DNA of 64,000 nt from Candidatus Levybacteria bacterium RIFCSPHIGHO2_01_FULL_36_15b (GTDB lineage: Bacteria; Patescibacteriota; Microgenomatia; Levybacterales; UBA12049), in NCBI GenBank assembly GCA_001782045.1, contig MFNK01000009.1, forward strand, positions 7,516 to 71,515, in the 5' to 3' direction. Shown piece after piece: positions 49,764-58,695 of the stretch (position 1 is the stretch's first letter; every line of letters begins with the position of its first letter). The notes under the pieces were generated by a model. That model did not search any database. It was not told the origin of the DNA and saw only the letters and a program-made list of their open reading frames with translations. The translations under genes and the position numbers were made by a program.

Positions 49764-50237
49764 ATGAGACACAAAAAAATAGACAAAAGACAAGTAGATA
49801 AAGACTTAACATACGGAAACGCATTGGTTACTAAATTTATAAACCGCATAATGCGCGATGGTAAAAAATCTCCTGCAGAAAAATCTTTTTATGGCGCGAT
49901 GGATATTATAAAGGAAAAAGGTCATGATCCTTTGGTTTTGTTTGAAACAGCCCTCCAAAATGTCGGACCGAGAGTAGAGGTAAAATCCAGACGCGTGGGA
50001 GGCGCAAATTATCAGGTTCCCTTGGAAGTAAGAGGAGACAGAAAAAACGCCTTAGCAATAAGGTGGATTGTAGAAGCAGCAAGGGCAAGAGCAAATACGG
50101 AATTCCATACTTTTGCAGAAAAGCTTGCCCAAGAACTTTTAGAAGCTTCTAAAAACGAAGGAGCCGCAGTTAAAAAACGCGATACAGTTCACAGAATGGC
50201 CGAAGCAAACCGCGCTTTTTCCCACTTTAGGTTCTAA
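49764..50237 (+). CDS. rpsG: 30S ribosomal protein S7
   Basis: SRRVGGANYQVP, HRMAEANRAFSHFRF. Confidence 0.98.
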   Translation: MRHKKIDKRQVDKDLTYGNALVTKFINRIMRDGKKSPAEKSFYGAMDIIKEKGHDPLVLFETALQNVGPRVEVKSRRVGGANYQVPLEVRGDRKNALAIRWIVEAARARANTEFHTFAEKLAQELLEASKNEGAAVKKRDTVHRMAEANRAFSHFRF

Positions 50238-50276
50238 ATTTTTGTTGAATGAGATAAAATAAAAGTAGGGATTATT

Positions 50277-52376
50277 ATGGCTGAAGATAGATTAAAAACA
50301 TTAGATAAGGTAAGAAATATTGGCATTATTGCCCATATTGACGCGGGAAAAACAACAACCACAGAAAGAATTCTTTTTTACACCGGAAAAACCTACAAAA
50401 TTGGAGATATCGACGAGGGAAATACCCAAATGGACTGGATGGAACAGGAAAAAGAAAGAGGAATTACCATAGTTTCCGCTGCAACAACAGCTTTTTGGAA
50501 AGATTACAGAATAAATATTATTGATACTCCCGGACACGTTGATTTTACTGCAGAAGTAGAGAGATCTTTAAGGGTTTTGGATGGCGGAATTACAGTTTTG
50601 GATGCAGAAGAAGGAGTTCAATCCCAATCAGAAACCGTTTGGAGACAGGCTGATAAGTATAAAGTGCCAAGGCTATGTTTTGTGAATAAAATGGATAAAT
50701 TAGGAGCCGATTTTTTAGCAACTATAAAATCGATTGAAGACAGACTTGGTGCTAACCCGCTTATTATGGTTTTGCCAATTGGGGTTGAAAGTAGTTTTAC
50801 AGGAATAGTCCATTTGATGGAACAAAAAGCATACATTTGGAAAAATGACAACCTCGGCGCGGAATTTGAAGTTACAGATGTGCCGGAAGATATGAAGGCT
50901 CAGGTGCAAGAATATAGGCACAAATTAGTTGAAAAAATTGCAGAAACCGATGATGCTCTAACTGATAAATATTTGCACGGACAGGAAATTTCAGACGATG
51001 AATTAAAAGCGGCTTTGCGGCGTGCAGTTATTGCTTATAAATTAGTTCCGATATTTGCAGGAAGTTCGCTGCGTAACAAAGGCGTCCAGCCATTACTTGA
51101 TGCAGTTGTAGATTATCTGCCTTCTCCTTTGGATGTTGGAGAAATTATCGGAATTAATCCCAAAACTGGTGAGGAAGTAAAAAGAACTCCTCAAGCAGAC
51201 CAGCCTTTAGCAGGTCTTGCCTTTAAAATTCAAATTGACCCACACGTCGGAAAACTTACTTATTTTAGAGTTTATAGCGGCAAAGTAGCTGCCGGTTCCT
51301 ATATTTATAACAGTTCCAAAAATGAAAATGAAAGAATTGGAAGAATTTTATTAATGCATGCAAATCACAGAGAAGAAATTAAAGAAGCATATGCAGGAGA
51401 AATTGTTGCATTAGTTGGGCTTAAGGATACTATTACCGGAGACACTTTATCAGATGAAAAAGAACCAATAGTTCTGGAAAAAATTTCCTTCCCCGAGCCT
51501 GTTATATCACTTGCAATTGAGCCAAAAACAAAAGCAGATCAGGAAAAATTAGGCCTTGCTCTAAAAAGATTGTCAGAGGAAGATCCGACTTTTTCAATTA
51601 AAACAAATCATGAAACAGGGCAGACTATAATTTCCGGAATGGGAGAGCTGCAGCTTGAAGTTATGGTAGACAGAATGAAGCGGGAATTCGGAGTTTTGGC
51701 AAATGTCGGAGCGCCCCAAGTAGCATATAAAGAAACAATAAAGCAAACTGCAGAGGGAGAAGGAAAGTATATAAGGCAATCCGGAGGAAGAGGACAATAC
51801 GGCCATTGTTTCTTACGGGTTGAACCAAAACCAAGAGGCGAAGGGTACGAGTTTATAAATGCAATAAAAGGAGGAGCAATTCCTTCTGAATTTATAATTT
51901 CAATCCAAAAAGGTGTAAAAGAAACTATGGAAAACGGAATTTTGTTAGGATATCCGCTTGTTGATATGAATGTAACTGTTTATGATGGAAGTTTCCACGA
52001 GGTAGATTCATCCGACGTCGCATTTAAAATTGCAGCTTCACAAGCACTTCAAGCTGCTACACGAAAAGCACAGCTTTCGCTTTTAGAGCCTATTATGAAG
52101 GTTGAAGTAACAACGCCGAGCGAGTTTATGGGAGATGTAATTGGAGATTTGTCATCTAAAAGAGGTCAAATATTAGGAACAGAAGAAAAGGGAAAAGCGA
52201 CAATTATTAACGCTATGGTACCGCTCGCCGAGCTTTCAAAATATGAAACGACTCTTCGATCTATGTCTCAGGGAAGAGCCCACTCATATCTTGAGCCAAG
52301 CCATTACGAAGAAGTACCCAAAAATATAGTTGAAGCAATGCTTGCCAAATCCACATTCACCGGAAGAGTTGAATAG
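50277..52376 (+). CDS. fusA: Elongation factor G
   Basis: [33 protein letters not shown]. Confidence 0.99.
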   Translation: MAEDRLKTLDKVRNIGIIAHIDAGKTTTTERILFYTGKTYKIGDIDEGNTQMDWMEQEKERGITIVSAATTAFWKDYRINIIDTPGHVDFTAEVERSLRVLDGGITVLDAEEGVQSQSETVWRQADKYKVPRLCFVNKMDKLGADFLATIKSIEDRLGANPLIMVLPIGVESSFTGIVHLMEQKAYIWKNDNLGAEFEVTDVPEDMKAQVQEYRHKLVEKIAETDDALTDKYLHGQEISDDELKAALRRAVIAYKLVPIFAGSSLRNKGVQPLLDAVVDYLPSPLDVGEIIGINPKTGEEVKRTPQADQPLAGLAFKIQIDPHVGKLTYFRVYSGKVAAGSYIYNSSKNENERIGRILLMHANHREEIKEAYAGEIVALVGLKDTITGDTLSDEKEPIVLEKISFPEPVISLAIEPKTKADQEKLGLALKRLSEEDPTFSIKTNHETGQTIISGMGELQLEVMVDRMKREFGVLANVGAPQVAYKETIKQTAEGEGKYIRQSGGRGQYGHCFLRVEPKPRGEGYEFINAIKGGAIPSEFIISIQKGVKETMENGILLGYPLVDMNVTVYDGSFHEVDSSDVAFKIAASQALQAATRKAQLSLLEPIMKVEVTTPSEFMGDVIGDLSSKRGQILGTEEKGKATIINAMVPLAELSKYETTLRSMSQGRAHSYLEPSHYEEVPKNIVEAMLAKSTFTGRVE

Positions 52377-53160
52377 GTAAAGAGGGATAATTTCCGCGTC
52401 TCCAAAAACTGCTCGTAAAGTATTTTTTAAGTTTATCCAGGACAGGATTAGAATGAGAAGGTTCTTCTTCAATCGTAAGTTGAGTAAAACTTGATGGTCG
52501 AATCCACGGCCAAATTTGAATTTGACCTTCTCTTTGTGCAATAACTGTTTCCTCTGGTGTCATTCCTTGTGCTTGCCATACTAATCTTTCCAGTTGAGGA
52601 TGCCAACTTTCCCATAAAATTTGATCTTTTGTTTTTTCTTTTAGATCTTGTTCACCACCATTTATTAGCATTTTATTATGTCTCGTAAGATAACTTGAGA
52701 GTTTTAATTCTTTTTCAGCAAGAGGTAGGCTGTTCCATCCATCTAATGCGGCCTTTTTAACCCAAGAACCATTTATTTGTCCATCCTGTTCTTCTTGTTT
52801 AGCTATCTCTTCGCTTAGCATTCTATTTCTAATTTTCTGTTTGCCGTGTTTCAATTGTAGACTGCTCGATTTTACCTCACCTTCAGCTTCGCTTAAAGGA
52901 AAGCCTTCAACGAACTTTATTATAAAATCACTACCTTTTGCATATCGTTCTTTCAGAATTACTTCTGCAACAATATCTGTTTGGGATGCTATTATCTTTT
53001 GTGTTCTTATTTCTGTTATATCTCCTCTTTCGTTCCAGAGATCATGAAGAAAAGCTCCATTATCTTTTTGCTGTTCTTTAATTTTTCTTCTCGTGAGACG
53101 CACAGGGATCTCAAAATGAGGCGCGGATATTTGATCTAATTCGGATGGTGCAATTCCCAT
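52357..53160 (-). CDS. Hypothetical protein inserted between fusA and tuf
   Basis: 267-aa ORF, convergent with fusA (20-bp overlap). Confidence 0.6.
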   Translation of the reverse strand: MGIAPSELDQISAPHFEIPVRLTRRKIKEQQKDNGAFLHDLWNERGDITEIRTQKIIASQTDIVAEVILKERYAKGSDFIIKFVEGFPLSEAEGEVKSSSLQLKHGKQKIRNRMLSEEIAKQEEQDGQINGSWVKKAALDGWNSLPLAEKELKLSSYLTRHNKMLINGGEQDLKEKTKDQILWESWHPQLERLVWQAQGMTPEETVIAQREGQIQIWPWIRPSSFTQLTIEEEPSHSNPVLDKLKKYFTSSFWRRGNYPSLPIQLFR

Positions 53161-53227
53161 CTGATTTAATTGTGGTAGTTCAAAAAATATTTGTCAAGAA
53201 GATTATTTGTTTTGGTATACTAAATAT

Positions 53228-53785
53228 GTGGTAAAAATAAAATCCTTCAGGTATAAAAATCTTCTTGGGGCTTTTTTGGGAATTCTTATCGCGCTTCTTC
53301 TGTCTCGCTTTGAGCCTTTTCACTTATTTCTTCTAAACTTACATGAATTAGGTTACTTAGGTGCCTTTATTGCCGGAGCGCTTTTTGTTTCTACTTTCAC
53401 GGTTGCAACAGGGGCTGTAATACTTCTTGTTTTAGCTGAAAGTCTTTCGCCCGTAGAGTTGGCCCTAATAGGTGGTTTAGGCTCGGTTCTTGGAGATTTT
53501 TTTATTTTCAAGTTTATCAAAAACTCGCTCTCGATTGAAATTACTGAAATTTATAATCACTTTGGGGGTAACCATCTTTCAAAAATCCTACACACAAAAT
53601 ATTTTAGTTGGACTTTGCCGGTAATTGGCGCGATTATTATCGCTTCTCCATTTCCCGATGAATTAGGAGTAAGTTTACTAGGGATATCCAGAATGAAGAC
53701 GTATCAATTCTTAATTCTCGCATTTATTTTAGATTTTTTAGGCATATTTCTCATAGTAAGTGCGTCAGCTTTAATAAAACCTTAA
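53228..53785 (+). CDS. Multi-TM membrane protein (DedA/VTT-like)
   Basis: GYLGAFIAG, IIASPFPDELG; GTG lies 6 nt after TATACT (ORF track starts at 53207). Confidence 0.7.
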   Translation: MVKIKSFRYKNLLGAFLGILIALLLSRFEPFHLFLLNLHELGYLGAFIAGALFVSTFTVATGAVILLVLAESLSPVELALIGGLGSVLGDFFIFKFIKNSLSIEITEIYNHFGGNHLSKILHTKYFSWTLPVIGAIIIASPFPDELGVSLLGISRMKTYQFLILAFILDFLGIFLIVSASALIKP

Positions 53786-53793
53786 ATTCCTAC

Positions 53794-53822
53794 TTGACGA
53801 AAGCTTGTAAGTAATGTATATT
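53794..53822 (+). promoter_or_regulatory. Sigma-70 promoter for tuf
   Basis: TTGACG-17-TATATT. Confidence 0.55.
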
Positions 53823-53858
53823 TAATTCAACCTTGGAACAGGTATTTTTTTTGCTCAT

Positions 53859-55040
53859 ATGGCAGATAAATTCGAGAGAACAAAACCACATGTAAATATA
53901 GGAACCATCGGTCACGTAGACCATGGTAAGACAACGCTAACCGCAGCTATTGCAACAGTACTGTCTAAAAGCGGTAAGGCAACAGCAAAAAAGTACGAAG
54001 ATATTGATAACGCTCCGGAAGAAAAAGCAAGAGGAGTCACAATTAATATTTCCCATATTGAATACGAAACAGACAAAAGACACTATGCACACATTGACGC
54101 ACCAGGACATGCAGATTACATTAAGAACATGATCACAGGAGCTGCCCAAATGGACGGCTCAATCTTAGTTGTTTCTGCCCCGGACGGCCCCATGCCACAA
54201 ACAAGAGAACACATACTCCTCGCTCGACAAGTAGGAGTTCCTGCAATTGTCGTTTTCTTAAACAAAACAGATATGGTTCAGGATGCAGAACTTTTGGACT
54301 TGGTAGAAATGGAAGTAAGAGAACTCTTAACCAAATATCAATATCCTGGCAATGACGTGCCTATTATTCGTGGGTCAGCGCTTAAAGCTTTGGAAGGCGA
54401 CGCAGAAGCAGAAAAGCAAATACTGGCCTTAATGGATGCAGTTGATACTTATATTCCAACTCCAACAAGAGATTTAGACAAACCATTCCTTATGCCTGTT
54501 GAAGACGTCTTCTCTATTAAAGGAAGAGGAACAGTTGTTACGGGAAGAGTTGAAAGAGGAAAGGTCAAAGTTAACGAGCCGGTTGAAATAGTCGGAATTA
54601 AAGCTACAAAACAGTCTGTTGTAACCGGAGTAGAAATGTTTAGAAAAATGCTTGATGAAGGACAGGCAGGAGATAATGTTGGACTGCTCTTGCGAGGTGT
54701 TGAAAAAGCAGACGTTGAAAGAGGACAGGTTATTGCAAAGCCAGGCTCGATTACGCCTCACAAAGAATTTGAAGCAGAAGCATATATTCTTACAAAAGAA
54801 GAAGGCGGACGACATACACCGTTCTTTACAGGATACAGACCTCAGTTCTTTATTAGAACAACTGACGTAACAGGAGAAGCAGCGCTGCCAAGCGGTGTAG
54901 AAATGGTTATGCCAGGGGATAATACAAAAATGACAGTAAAACTTATTGCACCAGTTGCAATGGAAGAGGGACTCAGATTCGCAATAAGAGAAGGCGGAAA
55001 AACAGTTGGAGCAGGAGTAATCTCCAAAATAATCTCTTAA
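53859..55040 (+). CDS. tuf: Elongation factor Tu
   Basis: [28 protein letters not shown]. Confidence 0.99.
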   Translation: MADKFERTKPHVNIGTIGHVDHGKTTLTAAIATVLSKSGKATAKKYEDIDNAPEEKARGVTINISHIEYETDKRHYAHIDAPGHADYIKNMITGAAQMDGSILVVSAPDGPMPQTREHILLARQVGVPAIVVFLNKTDMVQDAELLDLVEMEVRELLTKYQYPGNDVPIIRGSALKALEGDAEAEKQILALMDAVDTYIPTPTRDLDKPFLMPVEDVFSIKGRGTVVTGRVERGKVKVNEPVEIVGIKATKQSVVTGVEMFRKMLDEGQAGDNVGLLLRGVEKADVERGQVIAKPGSITPHKEFEAEAYILTKEEGGRHTPFFTGYRPQFFIRTTDVTGEAALPSGVEMVMPGDNTKMTVKLIAPVAMEEGLRFAIREGGKTVGAGVISKIIS

Positions 55041-55053
55041 TCCAAAAGTCTGC

Positions 55054-55071
55054 CCTGCCTGCGCAGGCAGG
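55054..55071. repeat. Perfect 18-bp GC-rich palindrome CCTGCCTGCGCAGGCAGG
   Basis: Self-complementary; sits between tuf and rpsJ. Confidence 0.75.
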
Positions 55072-55101
55072 CTCATTTAGCTCTTTGATTTAAATACACA
55101 T

Positions 55102-55410
55102 ATGCCAAAAGGAAGAATTAGAGTAAAACTCAAAAGTTACGACGCGAGAGTAATAGACTCTACATGTCAGCAAATTTTAGACACGGCAATTAGAACCGGG
55201 GCTAAAGTTGTTGGGCCAATTCCACTTCCCAGCAAAAGATCGGTATATGCGGTAAATAAATCAACTTTTATAGACAAAAACGCACGAGACCACTTTCAAA
55301 TAAAAATCCACAAAAGACTCATAGATATAATCTCACCCACAGAAAAAACAATTGACAGTCTTACGCATTTAGAATTACCTGCTGGAGTGAATATTGAGAT
55401 AAGGATGTAG
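55102..55410 (+). CDS. rpsJ: 30S ribosomal protein S10
   Basis: IRVKLKSYD, VGPIPLP, IHKRLIDI, LELPAGVNIEI. Confidence 0.98.
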   Translation: MPKGRIRVKLKSYDARVIDSTCQQILDTAIRTGAKVVGPIPLPSKRSVYAVNKSTFIDKNARDHFQIKIHKRLIDIISPTEKTIDSLTHLELPAGVNIEIRM

Positions 55411-55422
55411 TATAATTCGTTT

Positions 55423-55830
55423 ATGGATACACCAGCAAATCCAAATCAACCTCCACAAGATCCCTTTAACTTAGCCCGACAGATATCTACTGATCCCGCA
55501 GTTCCAGACGAGCAGAAATTGGAAATGTTAACGGAAATTGGCAGAGGTGTTGGCGTTGATGTAGATAGAATAAATAGATTGCAACGTGTTCCAATTATAC
55601 AACGTGCGGAAATAATAGCAGGACATATTGCTCGACATGGAGAAACTGTTAGGCAGATTACCGATTTTCAAACGGAAGCAAAAAGTCAATTACGCGAAGC
55701 AGATTCACAGCTGGCTAAATCGACGGCGGAAATAGCAGCTAGACTGGATGAGCTAAGAAGATTCCATGAGCCAAGAATAGCAGAAGCAGACATAGCCGTA
55801 CGCCGTCCCAAAAACACCCCTGAAAAATAA
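55423..55830 (+). CDS. Orphan protein between the two rpsJ 3' ends
   Basis: 135 aa, coiled-coil C-terminus; TATAAT 6 nt upstream. Confidence 0.7.
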   Translation: MDTPANPNQPPQDPFNLARQISTDPAVPDEQKLEMLTEIGRGVGVDVDRINRLQRVPIIQRAEIIAGHIARHGETVRQITDFQTEAKSQLREADSQLAKSTAEIAARLDELRRFHEPRIAEADIAVRRPKNTPEK

Positions 55831-55863
55831 CCTGCAGGCGTAAACATCGAAATCAGGATGTAG
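55831..55863 (+). pseudogene. Second copy of the rpsJ 3' end (PAGVNIEIRM*) with synonymous differences only
   Basis: CCT GCA GGC GTA AAC ATC GAA ATC AGG ATG TAG versus 55378-55410. Confidence 0.9.
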
Positions 55864-55899
55864 AATTGACTTGTATCTCTTTAATGCTATAATTTCTAT

Positions 55900-56432
55900 A
55901 TGGAACCTGTTGATAGTCAAGAAATCGCTGCTAATTCTCTAGAGCAAAGCATTATTCTCCAGACCACGTTTTTAAAAGAGAAGAGCTTCAGAACGAATCA
56001 GAAAGCTTGTTCTCTAGTTTTCTAGATGTATTTAAGCAAGACCCTGATGTTCTAGAAGCCACAGCAGATTCCTTCTTTGATTATGGTGGGTCTCACGATT
56101 TTATAGAAATACCTAAAAGTAATTCTGAATATGAAATATCTACAGCTGATGATCCATATAATGGGGCTGTATATAGATTAGATATTGTTAGAAGAGAGGG
56201 AGAGGTTGAAGAACATCTAATTCTTAAAAGCGCACCCGAGAGGTTTAGAGGAAGCACCATAGTTATGGAAGGAGTGGGGTTTATATATCAATACCGAAAT
56301 GAGGAGACGCAAGGGTATCGTCCATACTCAAATTCACCAATAGCTTTGGATGCTGCTCGAACTCTTTTAGAAAAAACAAAAAGAGATTTTCAAGATGCAC
56401 CCCAACCAAATCCGGCCAATCCTCAGACTTAA
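55900..56432 (+). CDS. Hypothetical protein split by a -1 frameshift (track ORF 56007-56432 is the distal part)
   Basis: TATAAT-6-ATG at 55900; that frame closes at about 56025; the -1 frame is open from 55935. Confidence 0.5.
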
Positions 56433-56491
56433 ACGCTCCCATTAAGAATCCACAGGTTAAAATTCAAACGCGAAAACCTATCAGCCTCCTC

Positions 56492-56640
56492 TTGCAATTG
56501 ACCTCATCAATATATATAATTACAAGTACAAAATGGCTAAAACACAGGAGGTGATGTTAGCTACATAGGAGTAAATTCGCTACTTTTTTTGTAAGTAAAA
56601 GCGGCTCTATGTGGCCGCCTTTTTGTTGTTTAGGAGAATT
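56492..56640 (+). promoter_or_regulatory. rplC promoter and attenuator-like leader (11-aa uORF 56533-56568, terminator 56601-56624)
   Basis: TTGCAA-17-TATAAT; GCGGC-TCTATGTG-GCCGC-CTTTTT; AGGAG before the rplC ATG. Confidence 0.6.
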
Positions 56641-57579
56641 ATGCAAATTTTATCTTTAGTAGGAAGAAAAGTCAGTCAAAAACAAGGATTTTTGCAGAAC
56701 GGTAAAAGAGTTCCGTTAACTGCAGTAAATGTGATGGGTAACATGGTAACTCAGCTTAAGACAGCCGACAAAGAAGGCTACACTGCAATTCAGCTAGGTA
56801 TGGATATTAAGAAAAAACCAGGCAAAAGAGACCTGAATAGAGCAAAACAAGCGGGGCTAGAAAAAGCACCCCGCTTTTTTACAGAAATAAGAGTGGATGA
56901 TCTTGAAGGTGCAACCCTAGGCGCAGAATTAAAATTTGAGGAAGTTTTCGTTCCCGGAGATATTGTTGACGTAACAGGAACTTCAAAAGGAAAAGGATTT
57001 GCAGGAGGAGTAAAAAGACACGGATTCCACGGAGGACCTAGAACCCATGGACAATCAGACAGGGAAAGAGCGCCCGGCTCAATTGGTCAAACAACAACAC
57101 CAGGAAGAGTTTATAAAGGTAAAAAAATGGCAGGAAGAATGGGAACAGATACGGTAACTGTTAAAAATTTAGAAATTATAGAAGTAACTGCAGACGGAGT
57201 TTTACTAATAAAAGGATTAGTTCCCGGACATTTAAACGGATATGTAACAATTAAAAAAGTTGGAGAAAATAAAAAATTTGAACCGTTATATAAGGAAGAA
57301 GTAAAAGAACCAATTTCAGAAAGCACCAGTGAAAGTTCAGAAAATCAGACAAGCGGAACCGACCTGTCGCATTCTTCGGATGACGCTCAGGCTGTTCAAC
57401 CTGAACAACAAAACCTAGAGTCACCTTCGCTAAATAACAGCTCGGCAACTGACTCTGAAGATATTAAAGTTAATACTGAGCCGGCTGTCAGTTCACCTCA
57501 GAATGAACAGGTCGATACCACTCCAAAGAAAAATAAAGAAGAAATTAAAGAGGAGGTAGCTGAAGATGCCAAGAGCTAA
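56641..57579 (+). CDS. rplC: 50S ribosomal protein L3 with long acidic C-terminal extension
   Basis: DVTGTSKGKGFAGGVKRHGF, PGRVYKGKKMAGRMG. Confidence 0.97.
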   Translation: MQILSLVGRKVSQKQGFLQNGKRVPLTAVNVMGNMVTQLKTADKEGYTAIQLGMDIKKKPGKRDLNRAKQAGLEKAPRFFTEIRVDDLEGATLGAELKFEEVFVPGDIVDVTGTSKGKGFAGGVKRHGFHGGPRTHGQSDRERAPGSIGQTTTPGRVYKGKKMAGRMGTDTVTVKNLEIIEVTADGVLLIKGLVPGHLNGYVTIKKVGENKKFEPLYKEEVKEPISESTSESSENQTSGTDLSHSSDDAQAVQPEQQNLESPSLNNSSATDSEDIKVNTEPAVSSPQNEQVDTTPKKNKEEIKEEVAEDAKS

Positions 57580-58315
57580 AGCTCAAGTTAAAAGCTCAAA
57601 GTCAAAAGTTATAAAGAAAGAAACATCAAAAGCTCCAAAAAAAGCGGTAAAAGAATTATCTAAGCAAACAGGATTAAAACTAAGTGTTTATTCTGCAACC
57701 GGAAGAGTTTTGGAAAGCATGAGTCTTCCTAAAGAAATTTTCGGAGTGGAAGAAAACAAAAGCTTACTTGCCCAGGCTGTAAGAGTTTATCTTGCAAATC
57801 AAAGAAGCGGAACTGCAAAGTCAAAAAGCAGGGGAGAAGTAAATATTTCTACAAGAAAAATTTACAGACAGAAAGGAACAGGCCGGGCAAGACATGGCGC
57901 TGCTTCAGCTCCTATTTTTGTTGGAGGAGGAGTTGCTTTTGGACCAAGGCCCCACGATTTTTCATTAAAACTTTCTAAAAATCTCAGAAGGAAAGCATTA
58001 TTTATGGCGCTTTCTTCAAAGCTTGCAGAAGGGGAAATAAAAATAGTTTCAGGATTTGAAAAACTGGAGCCTAAAACAAAAAACATGGCTCAAGCTTTTG
58101 CAAAAATAGAAAAAGAAGGAAAGAAAAGGAATTTATTATTGGTAACTCCGGATTCAACCGAAAAATACGTAAACGTAGTTAAAGCAGCAAGAAATATAAA
58201 AGGCGTAGAAATTATGCCCTCGAGTCTTTTAAATACATATCAGGTTCTTAAAGCAAAAGAATTATTATTCATGAAAGAAGCAATAAACACACTAAAGGAG
58301 AGCGCAGCAAAATGA
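57566..58315 (+). CDS. rplD: 50S ribosomal protein L4
   Basis: RQKGTGRARHG, GGGVAFGPRP. Confidence 0.98.
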   Translation: MPRAKAQVKSSKSKVIKKETSKAPKKAVKELSKQTGLKLSVYSATGRVLESMSLPKEIFGVEENKSLLAQAVRVYLANQRSGTAKSKSRGEVNISTRKIYRQKGTGRARHGAASAPIFVGGGVAFGPRPHDFSLKLSKNLRRKALFMALSSKLAEGEIKIVSGFEKLEPKTKNMAQAFAKIEKEGKKRNLLLVTPDSTEKYVNVVKAARNIKGVEIMPSSLLNTYQVLKAKELLFMKEAINTLKESAAK

Positions 58316-58317
58316 AT

Positions 58318-58393
58318 CCCGTTAGAAAAATGAGTTCAAAAAAGATATTTCCAGAAATAAGGCTTAATATTTTAAGGAGGGTTTTCTAACGGG
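58318..58393. mobile_element. 76-bp inverted-repeat (MITE-like) insertion at the rplW start, flanked by an ATGAAT direct repeat
   Basis: CCCGTTAGAAAA...TTTTCTAACGGG perfect IR; ATGAAT at 58312-17 and 58394-99. Confidence 0.75.
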
Positions 58394-58693
58394 ATGAATG
58401 CATTAAATATTATTTTACAGCCCGTAATTTCTGAAAAATCATTAAATGATGTAGGTAAATCAAGATTTACATTTAAAGTGGCAAGGAATACAAACAAAAC
58501 TGAAATTAAAAAAGCAGTAGAGGAAAAATTTAAGGTAAATGTTTTAAAAGTTTCAACGATAAGCTTAGCGGGAAAAGAAAAACAAATACGAACAAGAACA
58601 AAAGTTGCAAAAGTAGCAAACAAGCCCTTTAAAAAGGCAGTCGTAACATTAAAAGAGGGACAAAAGATTGCAATTTTTGAGTCAGGAAAATAA
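58394..58693 (+). CDS. rplW: 50S ribosomal protein L23
   Basis: PVISEKS, NKTEIKKAVE, FKKAVVTL. Confidence 0.97.
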   Translation: MNALNIILQPVISEKSLNDVGKSRFTFKVARNTNKTEIKKAVEEKFKVNVLKVSTISLAGKEKQIRTRTKVAKVANKPFKKAVVTLKEGQKIAIFESGK

Positions 58694-58695
58694 AT

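Noticed and set aside
55423-56432. Similar PANP/QP-rich peptides at the start of ORF 55423 and the end of ORF 56432
   Set aside because: Low-complexity similarity with no clear nucleotide repeat.
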